Source of the DNA: Malacoraja senta
Lineage: Eukaryota
NCBI GenBank assembly: GCA_038087875.1
Contig: CM075994.1
Location: 5,830,001-5,894,000, forward strand
DNA: 64,000 nucleotides
Direction: 5' to 3'
The position numbers and the translations under genes are program-made. The notes beneath the pieces are model-generated. The model was not told the DNA's origin. It made no database searches and saw only the letters and a program-made list of their open reading frames with translations. Positions 54,115-64,000 of the stretch are shown piece after piece. Positions within the stretch are counted from its first letter, which is position 1. The number at the start of each line of letters is the position of its first letter.

Positions 54115-54419
54115 GCGCGCGCAAGACTAGATATGGGTCAATATGAGTCCTAGAAGACTACACACATATTTTCACATAAACGCGGCTAATCTCAACAAAT
54201 ATATATAACTGTTCATAATATAATGTCTTAATTAATATTCAAAGATTAGGAGCTACACTACATTGATGACTCGTGCACCATATAATACCATGAATAAGGT
54301 ACAATTCACTCCGTGCTTCACGTTAGTTTTATCATAGGACGAAGTAGAGAGCAAAATGAATATAGAAATATGGACCATATAAACGACACGATTACCGCAT
54401 TGGAATATCTTGGTAAAAT

Positions 54420-54960
54420 TTCTCATACATCGGCGAGCCAAACGTAGACTGGGCGACCATTTCGCTGAATGCCTTCGCTCAATCCGGCTGGACCTATCTG
54501 TTGCCAAACACTTTAATTCCCACTCTCCACACTGGAGAGTGGGGAATTCCAATCTCCGCAATGACCTTTATGTCCTGGTCCTGCGCCATTATCTGAGTGG
54601 GGCCAAACGCAAATTGAAGGAACAACACCTGATATTTCGTTTGTGCAGCTTACAACCAGTGGTATGAATAATGATTTCTATAACTTCAAGTAACTACTGC
54701 ATTCCCTCTCTCTCCATCTCTCCCCCACAGGTCCTACCAGCTTCAATGTCGTCTTGTTGTCTATACCCGTCTTTCACTATTTTGCATATCGTTCATTCAT
54801 TTGTTTTATATATCTCCACATCACCGTCTATATCTCTCGTTTCCCTTTCCAGTGACTTTCAGTTTGAAGAAAGGTCTCGACCCAAAACGTCACCTGTTCC
54901 TTTTCTCCAGAGATGCTGTCTGACCCACTGAGTCACTCCAGCTTTTTGTGTCTATCTTCT
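54420..54960 (+). mobile_element. Penelope-like 3' fragment
   Basis: KRRLGDHFAECLRS...VAKHFNSHS...RKLKEQHLIFRL, plus the terminal repeat. Confidence 0.82.
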
Positions 54961-55153
54961 CTTGCTTTACTTTATTTATCGTGTTTCTTGTCAGATTAAT
55001 GTATTACATAGCGCACGGCCAAAATACCGCAAAATGAATATATTTGGAAGTTATCTGCTTTACTTCAATTTGTAATCTCTGTCCGTGTTATTTAGATTTC
55101 TGTTTTTATTAATGCAATTGGCCAAGTAACTGTTCGAGTATTTTATTGTTCAG

Positions 55154-55189
55154 TCTTTGAAGAACTGGAAAAGATTGTCAAAGCAATGG
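55154..55189 (+). CDS. Microexon 20 (36 nt, VFEELEKIVKAM)
   Basis: attttattgttcAG|TCTTTGAAGAACTGGAAAAGATTGTCAAAGCAATGG|GTaagc. Confidence 0.85.
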
Positions 55190-55821
55190 GTAAGCCATAT
55201 TGCTATTCACATAAGAATCAAGTCGCATCAAATAGCACAGAAAAATACTTAGGCGGTAGATGCACAGAGTCTCTATCCCATAGAGGTGAATCGAGGACCA
55301 GGTGACATGGGTTTGAGGCGAAGTGGAAAAGATTTAATTGGAGTCTGAGCGGTAACATTTTCACACAAAGGATGGTGGGTGTACGGAACGAGCTGCCGAA
55401 GGAGGTAGTTGAGGATGGGACTATTCCAACGTTTAGGAAACATTTAGACGGGTACGTGGATAGGACAGGTTTGGAAGGATATCGACCAAACGCATGCAGG
55501 TCTAGCATTTGTTGTCCTGCGTGGGCAAGTTGTCTCTATGACTATGACATCGTGACATTCACCATTTATGCTAGCCTTTTCCAGTTTTCGACGCACAGCC
55601 TTCTTCGATATGATTAGTCAACTGCTTGTTTAATATGCTTTGGCGAAAAATAGCACAAATGACGAAAAACTACAGATAAGAAAAAATCTGATTTTAAAAA
55701 GAAAATGCCGTAATGATAGAGAACCGTAGAACGTCATAGGACATAGCTGGAGAGAGGGAACAGTCTTATATTTCCTATCGTCGATACTTTCGTTAGCATT
55801 CCATGCAAATTAAACATGTTG

Positions 55822-56776
55822 CTTCCGGACGTGGCGGCGCTGTTAACAGCTGCGGCTCGCCTGCAGTCCGTCTGTCTTTACTTTTTTCTGTTGTTTTTTT
55901 TGTCTTGTTTTGGTTAAGTTTGAGTTTGTTGGGTTGTGTTAGGGGGGTGAAACATGTTCTCTGTCTCTTCCTTCGGGGGAATGCGACTTTTTCGTGTCGT
56001 ATCCCCCTTCTCTGCCTCCGTCTGCGCTGAGGCCTAATGGCGGAGCTGGCGGCCTCCAACCTGCGACCGACCCCGAGGCTGCGGAGGCAGAGCCAGCCAG
56101 GACTTACCAACGAGAGGCTGGCCGTCTTCGGGGCTGAGGCAACGGTGGCCCGACTTGCTGGTGCGGCGTTCTGGCTTTCGGCGGCGGCCTGGAGCTGATA
56201 CAGCGAGGTCCGGAGCGGAGACTGCGGGACCCGGAGCGGAGACTACGGGACCCGGAGCTGGGGCAGCGGCCCGGAGCTGGGGCAGCGGCCTGGAGCGGAG
56301 ATTGCGGGACCTGGAGCTGGGGCGGCGGCCTGGAGCGGAGACTTCGGGACCCGGAGCTGGGGCAGCGGCCTGGAGCGGAGAGTGCGGGACCCGGAGCTGG
56401 GGCGGTGGCCTGGAGCTGGGGCGGCGGCCTGGAGCTGATGCTGTGGCGGGCCGTCTCGGAGCGGAGACGGCGTTCCGGCTTTCGGCGGCGGCGACATCAC
56501 CACGGAGGTCCGCTGGACTGCAGGGCGGCATCTTCGGCCTGGATCGATCGCCTCAGCGCAGAGGGAGAACAAGGAGGGAAGAGACGGAGACTAAGACTTT
56601 GCCTCCATCACAGTGAGGATGTGCTTGGTGAACTCACTGTGGTGGGTGTTTAATTTGTGTTTATTGTATGTTTTGTTATTATTGGTTCTGTGTATGACTG
56701 CAGGCAACATAATTTCGTTCAGACCGAAAGGTCTGAATGACAATAAAGGAATCTATCTATCTATCTATCTATGTGC
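55822..56776 (+). mobile_element. Non-coding GC-rich retroposon with internal 40-bp minisatellite
   Basis: Candidate TSD AACATGTTG at 55813-55821 and 56777-56785; AATAAA plus (ATCT)n tail; 40-bp units starting at 56273, 56313, 56353 and 56393. Confidence 0.75.
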
Positions 56777-57112
56777 AACATGTTGTCTCATTTTATGGTT
56801 ATTATGCTTGTGTCGAAATAAGTAAATTGAAAAATGGAAAGTATGATATGAATTGGAAAATTGCTAAAATAAGTTACAAAGCTATACGTAGCACAGCGAG
56901 ATGGGGAAAGCTAAGATAATTTTTGTGGCGTGGTCGAGCATTAGTTTAGCTTATTGTTATTGTGACGGGTACCGAGATACAGTGGAAAAACCTTTGTTTG
57001 CGTATCTCCAGTTAAAAAAAACATTATACACGAATAAGGTTTGTATTTAGTTATAGATGTCACTTAGCCCAATAAATGAATTGCACCAACATAAAATTAC
57101 TTTTCTTCACAG

Positions 57113-57139
57113 AGAAAACGCTGATAGAAAAAGCGCAAG
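57113..57139 (+). CDS. Microexon 21 (27 nt, EKTLIEKAQ)
   Basis: ttacttttcttcacAG|AGAAAACGCTGATAGAAAAAGCGCAAG|GTgagt. Confidence 0.88.
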
Positions 57140-58891
57140 GTGAGTAACATGAACTATTTTTATTTGATTTCCGGATATAATTTAAATTCAGACACGGCTT
57201 ACAACGCGTCAATATGCAATTAGATTCTGTTCCCATATACATCAAGGTCTTTTGTGTTGGTCTGACCGCGATGCCTTTTATCGAAGCTCTCTCCAAGTAG
57301 AAACATAAAACGGGTATATAGGACCATCTGACTGACTGTCACACCATCAACAAAAATCCTTTAACAAGACGTTGTTCAAAAATGTAAACTTAATTATTGA
57401 ATAGCTATTTTGTGGAAATTGCATTTTGTCCTCCTTGATGAACGAATACATTTTCCTACAAGAAAGCCAAATCCTCTCTTTCTGGAATGAGCACCGTCAT
57501 GACACATAACACTGGTTATCGTGAAAATCCGTTGCTTTCTTTCAAAGTGGACCACAGACAGTATCGGTACCATCGTCGGTTTGTTGCAAATGTGTTTGCT
57601 TTCGTAACATAAAGAGCATTTATTCGAAAATTCAAGAAGAAATGGCATTTGGTGTAATGTGCAGGGATAGCTAATTGGATGGCATGCGCTTTCAAAATTT
57701 AAATCCTATTAATGTTTTTGGACCGTTTTTCATTTTCGTCAATATGCAAACTGAAGAAATACAAAAATACGCGATCACGTGTCTAATTTTATATTCACTC
57801 CATTTGAACTGTTCGAGACCATCAGTAATTTTGTTCGATAATCTAGGCTTACAGGAGTATTACTCTTCAAAGCTCTGCATGGCACAAACATGGTTTTACT
57901 CTTCATGCCGCCAACTATTACTTACTTTAACATTGGTCATTAGTCGCCAATCTCCGCATAGAGGCCCTTAACCCTAGTTCGATCCGAAACGGCACCCATT
58001 CCTTTCTCTCCAGAGATGCTGCCTGTCCCGCTGTTATTCCAGCATTTTGTTTCTATCTTCGGTTTAATCCATCATCTGCAGTTCCATCCTATACACTCAC
58101 CACATATATCTCAATTGCGACTTTCCTGCCATTTATTATTTAACACAAGTAGGCGTCATGTGGCTCATGTTTCTGTTATTGGATGAATCTGGACGCAATT
58201 TCTTGAATATTATTTGCCAAAATCTAATAGACCAAATCAGGAACGTAGTCTACCGACGTTGGACAATGCCATGCGGTTAGTGGAAATTAAATAAAGTATA
58301 GCTAAATAAACCCAAGCCCGAAATTGCTTCTTATGGCATTAGATATTGTGAGCGGAAGGGCTGTTCCTGCGCTGTACGTTTCTATGTTTGCCGGAATCAA
58401 AGAGCAGGAGTGAACGGGTCCTTTTCTGAATGGCAGCAGTGGCGAGTGGAGTGCCGCAAGGCTCGGTGTTGGGGCCGCATCTGTTTACCATATATATTAA
58501 TGATTTGGAAGAGGGAATTAGGAGCAACACTAACAAGTTTGCGGATGACACAAAGCTGGGTGGCAGTGTGAACTGTGAAGAGGATGTTAGGAGGTTGCAG
58601 GGTGACCTGGACAGGTTGAGTGAGTGGGTAGATGCGTGGCAGATGCAGTATAATATAGATAAATGTGAGGTTATCCACTTTGGCGTCAAAAACAAGGGGG
58701 CAGATTTATATCTCAGAGGGGTTAGGTTAGGTAAGGGGGAGTACAGCGAGACCTGGGTGTCGTTGTACACCGGTCACATGAAAGTTGGCGTGCATGTACA
58801 GCAGGTAGTGAAGAAAGCTAATGGAATGTTGGCCTTCATAACAAGAGGATTTCAGTATAGGAGTAGAGAGGTTCTTCTGCAGTTGTATAGG

Positions 58892-59933
58892 TAGCAATGT
58901 TACAAAAATTTGAGATTTTCAAAATAAAGTCTGCAATTTATCCCATCAGATAAAGCATAAAAGGAAGTTTAATTTGACACCTAATTCACTTTCATATCTT
59001 CAGTATTAAAGAAGTTATGGCCATTTTCATACTCGGAAATTAGCATCTTGTTCCCTATTGCTTTTCCATTGACTTACACAAAAGCTGTGATCGAGGATAG
59101 TTAAAAGCCCATAACTTTCTTAAAAATTAAGATAACTGAAAGAAATTTTCAGTTATTATAGATTGAAGCATTATGAAACAAATATGAAAACAATCTTTAC
59201 TTAGAAGACATGAAAGTAAAGCATATAATTAGTTAGTTACCTAATTGTAGCTAATTACAAAATTCAATTACTAGATCTAAACATCTATCAATTTCTTAAG
59301 AATAGATTAACATTTGTAAATAGCTAAGTGTCCAAATAACATTCACACAATAATTCACAATATAACATAATTTTTTTATCTCATTTTCATGAATTTACAG
59401 GCCAAATGGAAGGAATTGAATGTTTAATATCTGTAAATTAATGGGCATTTAAATCATCTTGTGAGTGAGGATTTCTGGAACGCGATCTTTTGGAACGTTC
59501 ATTTGCGGTGAATTTAACCCCGTATTGCCATGAAAAATACTGCCGTTAGTTCGGGGAATAAAATCACCGTGTCGCATGAAAAAATGTGAATTAAAGGCTT
59601 CTTAAGAAGCACTTTTATACATTTAAAGAAACCACTTTCGTTTACCTGTTCCCGTGTGTGAAATCCGTCCCCGTTATCGGCGTTGACGCTTCAGGAGCTG
59701 CTTTTAAAATTACTCTAGCGCTGACATTGACGATTTAATAAAAATAAAAAATACACAAAACGCCACTAGGAACGATTCATCAGCCAACGCGTGTACTCCA
59801 ACGAAATATTAACCAGGACAAAGGAGGAGAAACCCGCGTTTTCACCCCGCCCCCCCTTAAAAGCGCCAAAATCGCGCACACGGCCAGTGGCAGAATTACA
59901 GTGCGACTGAAGGTAGGTTTTGTAACATACCTA
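58892..59933. mobile_element. Non-autonomous DNA transposon copy B (1042 bp, 7-bp TSD GTATAGG)
   Basis: Same TIRs and body as 13035-14075; GTATAGG at 58885-58891 and 59934-59940. Confidence 0.9.
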
Positions 59934-60362
59934 GTATAGGGCTCTGGTGAGACCACATCTGGAGTATTGTGTACAGTTTCGGTCTCCTAATTTGAGGAAG
60001 GACATCCTTGTGATTGAGGCAGTGCAGCGTAGGTTCTCGAGATTGATCCCTGGGATGGCAGGACTGTCATATGAGGAGAGATTGAAAAGACTAGGCTTGT
60101 ATTCACTGGAGTTTAGAAGGATGAGGGGGATTCTTATAGATACATATAAAATTATAAAAGACTGGACAAGCTAGATGCAGCAAAAATGTTCCCAATGTTG
60201 GGCGAGTCCAGGACCAGGGGCACAGTCTTAGAATAAAGGGGAGATAATTTAGGACTGAGGTGAGAAAAAAACGTTTTCTCCCCAGAGAGTTGTGAATTTG
60301 TGGAATTCCCTGCCACAGGGGGCAGTGGAGGCCAAATCACTGGATGGATTTAAGATAGAGTT

Positions 60363-61533
60363 GCAACAGATTTATGGACTTCAGGTAAATGATTTTTTCA
60401 GATATCTCCAACTTAGAGATTACGTAAAAGCAAATACTCGAAATTTTAGAATTAGAAATTCAGAAATATTTGACGACTGTTGGAATAAACATCCTAATAC
60501 CGAAAAACTAATATCTTATATATATAATATTTTATTAGACAGTGATATTCCATTGACGGACTTACACAGACAAACTTGGGAAAAAGAACTAAATCAAGTA
60601 ATAACGAAAGATACTTGGGAAGAAAGTTTGCAACACATACATCAGTGCTCATTAAACGCCAGACATTCTCTAATACAATTTAAAGTAATACATAGGTTAC
60701 ATTATTCAAAAACAAAACTACATAAAATTTTTCAACATATCTCACCTATATGTGATAAATGTCAACATTTATAAGCTACATTATCTCATATGTTTGCAAA
60801 CTGTATAAAAATTAAAAAATTCTGGGTAAATATTTTCAGTATAATATCTAAAGTAACCGGCACACAATTGGACCCAGATCCAAAATTAATAATACTTGGA
60901 ATATTAGAATTAAATCAAACATTTAGAACAACACAAAGAAACTTTATTGATTATAGTTTAATAACAGGAAAAAAATGAATTCTAAAATTTTGGAAAGGCC
61001 CTACGGCCCCACAATCAAAATGTGGATTATAGAAATGACGGAGACCTTAAACGTGGAAAGAATCAGATTTTCCCTGTTGGACAACAGGAATTATTCGTAG
61101 GAACATGGTCTCCTTTTATTGATTACTTAAAGGTCAGAATAGTTCAGCACAGGAACCTGACTAGCACTCGGGCTAAAGAATGGATGAAATGCTATACTCT
61201 GAAATGTACGAATATATCTCGAATGAAGTTTTTTATTTCAATAAATTTTTCCATTCTTCTTTAACTATTTTTCTCCTTTTTTTTTTTTTTTCTCTTTGTT
61301 TTTTTTTAATTTTTTTTTTTTATTCTTCTTCTCTTTCATTTCTTTCTTTACTTCATCTATCTCTTTAGTTCTATCTAGGTTTAAAAAAAAAAGACAAAAG
61401 GTATTGGAGACAATGTAATAATAATTGACAATATTATCAATTTAAAAAATGTTAGACTGTAATGATGTAAATAAATTGTGTACTTATCTCCAATAATAAA
61501 AAATATAAAAAAAATAAAAAAAATAAAAAAAAA
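60363..61533 (+). mobile_element. 5'-truncated L1-clade LINE (ORF2 C-terminal zinc-binding region, 3' UTR, A-rich tail)
   Basis: FFRYLQLRD..., LIQFKVIHRLH, CDKC...HMFANC...FW; A-rich tail; TSD TAAGATAGAGTT at 60351-60362 and 61534-61545 (TT/AAGA-type site). Confidence 0.85.
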
Positions 61534-61983
61534 TAAGATAGAGTTAGATAGAGCTCTAGGAGCTAGTGGAGTAAAGGGATATGGGGAGAAGGCAGGCACG
61601 GGTTATTGATATGGGACGATCAGCCATGAACACAATGAATGGGCTGAATGGACTCCTCTGGCTCGAAGGGCCGAATGGCCTCCTCTTGCACCTATTTTCT
61701 ATGTTTCTATGTTTCTATGTTTCATACAAGGTAAATACATATACCAATTATTCTAAACAACATTGTGCATGATGAAAGCATTTATGCGGATCAAAATATG
61801 GCAGCCATTTAATTAATTAATTGTGATACGTTTTAAACAACATTAGAGTCATAGTCATACAGCATGGACATAGGTCATATTACCCCCACTTGCCCACAGC
61901 AACCAACATGTCCCATCTACATTAGACCCACCTCCAGCGTTTGGCCCAACTATATACTATTAACAGTATCATCTTGTTTCTGT

Positions 61984-62241
<258 letters not shown>

Positions 62242-62776
62242 ATTGTATCTTCGCCAAAACCGTACACGGGAGCGCTGAATTTTTGCAGAACCTTACTCAG
62301 GTTTTTCCCGTCGTCGATCTTATCAAGTGTCCTTCAGATTTGATGTTATTTTACAAAAGTTATTGATATTGATATTGATAAGTTAATTGAAATTGATATA
62401 GATAAAGTTATTGATATTGATAAGTTTTAAAAAGCCAACATTGAAAATAATAACTGCCTTTGAGAGGGAGACTTCCAGCAGCGCTGACATTTTTGCAGAA
62501 CCTTTCATTTTTCCCGTCTTCGGTCTTGTCAAGTTTCCTTCAGATTTGATGTTATATTCACAAGTTATGTTATTCATATTTAAAGGATTAAAAAAAAACT
62601 TTGAAAAGCATAACTGCCTTTCACAGGGAGACCCTTCTAGCAACTTCCATTGATGATGTCACAATGCCATCTCACAGTCTACCAATTACAATGGGAACAT
62701 TTACTAAGCTGCAGAGTCATTGTTGACAACAGTAACGGCAGCTCCAACTGGGCCGCGCACCGTGAGGGGGGTGAGT

Positions 62777-62953
62777 GAGAGAGGGAGAGGGAGAAGGAGA
62801 AGGAGAGGGAGGGAGAGGGAGAGGGAGGGAGAGGGAGAGGGAGAGGGAGAGGGAGAGGGAGAGGGAGAGGGAGAGGGAGAGGGAGAGGGAGAGGGAGAGG
62901 GAGAGGGAGAGGGAGAAGGAGGAGAGGGAGAGAGAGGGGAGAGGGAGAGAGAG
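62777..62953. repeat. (GAGAGG)n purine repeat
   Basis: Read directly; lies inside the Helitron-like element. Confidence 0.97.
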
Positions 62954-63320
62954 CGTTGCGTAGGGGAAACTGGTGAAACGGTGGAAACGGGTTGCATTGG
63001 GGGAACGGGTGAGTGGTGGAATATCGCGTTGGGGCACCAGGCCTCCCGTGTGTCAGGGGCCAACGGGTCCCACTTGGTCTAGTATCCCTCTAAAATTGTC
63101 CAATCCATGTACTTCGTTTAAACTTTAAAATAGTCCCTGCGTCAACCACCTCCTCTAGCTACCCGTTCCATACACTCACCAGCCTTTGTGATCAAAGGTT
63201 AGCCCTCAGATTCCTATTATATCTTTCCCCTTCACCTTAAACTTATGTGCTCTCGTCCTCGATCCCCCTACTCTGGGCAAGGGACTGCATCAATTGATGT
63301 ATTCACTTTTACTATTTTAG

Positions 63321-63356
63321 AAGCGGATACCTTGAAGAAGACTATCGCTGATATCA
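63321..63356 (+). CDS. Microexon 22 (36 nt, EADTLKKTIADI)
   Basis: cacttttactattttAG|AAGCGGATACCTTGAAGAAGACTATCGCTGATATCA|GTaagt. Confidence 0.88.
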
Positions 63357-63879
63357 GTAAGTGCTACAATCCCTTTCATCGTTTTCAATAAATTGTTGAT
63401 CAGTTGATTATTCTACACCTAAAGATTACCATTAATAAATTCCTCAGCACGGTCCGCATTCGGACAACAGGAACATATGACATAGATACGTTTGAAAGAA
63501 TGTTACGGAATTATGTGTATTAACATCATTACTAGTATAGCGGTGTGGTTGTTGGGGAATCACTTTTTCATGAGCCTCATCACAATTTCATGTACTTTTG
63601 TCTGAGCAAACTTCTCGATGTATTACAGCACTATCAATGCAAGATTGATTGCTAACAAAGCGTTTAAGATTTCTTCCGTTTCCCAAGCAATAACATTAAA
63701 TGCATAAAATACTACGATGCATAGCAGTTGCCAATTAGACATGTCTGATTGAACGGTCCATCATCCCGAGGAGCCCCAAGGAGCTGTTGGTACTGGCATA
63801 AGGACCAATAAGGACTATCTGTGGAGGAAACTCATGGAGCTTGAGTAGGAACTGTGGGGTTGGGGGTTGTGGAGAATGG

Positions 63880-64000
63880 TATACATTTGCTATATTTAAG
63901 AGGGAGTTAGATGTGACCCTTGTGGCTAAAGGGATCAGGGGGTATGGAGAGAAGGCAGGTACAGGATACTCAGTTGGATGATCAGCCATGATCATATTGA
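63880..64000 (+). mobile_element. CR1 3' end fragment (runs off window)
   Basis: FKRELDVTLVAKGIRGYGEKAGTGY followed by the start of the 3' UTR. Confidence 0.8.

Larger units (their letters stand above)
58396..61722 (+). mobile_element. CR1 3' half carrying two nested insertions
   Basis: RT fragment 58430-58891, resuming at 59934-60362 and again from 61534; (TTTCTATG)n tail at about 61697-61722. Confidence 0.9.

Noticed and set aside
56034..56653. Pro/Ala- and Gly-rich repeat ORFs; CRISPR-like appearance
   Set aside because: GC-rich tandem minisatellite without unique spacers, open in several frames on both strands, in a eukaryotic retroposon context.

Overview
Vertebrate genomic DNA, inferred to be a cartilaginous fish (skate/ray-like) from its repeat content: CR1 LINEs with (TTTCTATG)n, (CTATTGT)n and (TTATATGG)n tails, V-SINE/HE1-like SINEs, and Penelope-derived repeats. 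Most long ORFs in the ORF track are transposon remnants or microsatellite artefacts. The main host feature is invisible to the ORF track: a + strand gene made of at least 22 symmetric phase-1 microexons (AG...GT) between 4649 and 63356. A 36-nt exon strictly alternates with an 18-, 27- or 24-nt exon. Spliced together they give 645 nt of stop-free sequence encoding a 215-aa Lys/Glu/Asp-rich coiled coil built from 18-aa and 21-aa modules. The start and end of the gene lie outside the window and I cannot name it. Its introns hold a nested set of mobile elements: a near-intact CR1 (964-aa ORF2) interrupted by a Gypsy-like LTR element, many decayed CR1s, a Rex-Babar LINE, a Passport-like Tc1, two copies of a ~1.04-kb DNA transposon with 7-bp TSDs, Penelope-like elements with hammerhead-like cores, an L1 3' fragment, a non-autonomous Helitron-like element and large microsatellites. 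All coordinates were read by eye, and repeat boundaries are approximate unless a TSD is given.
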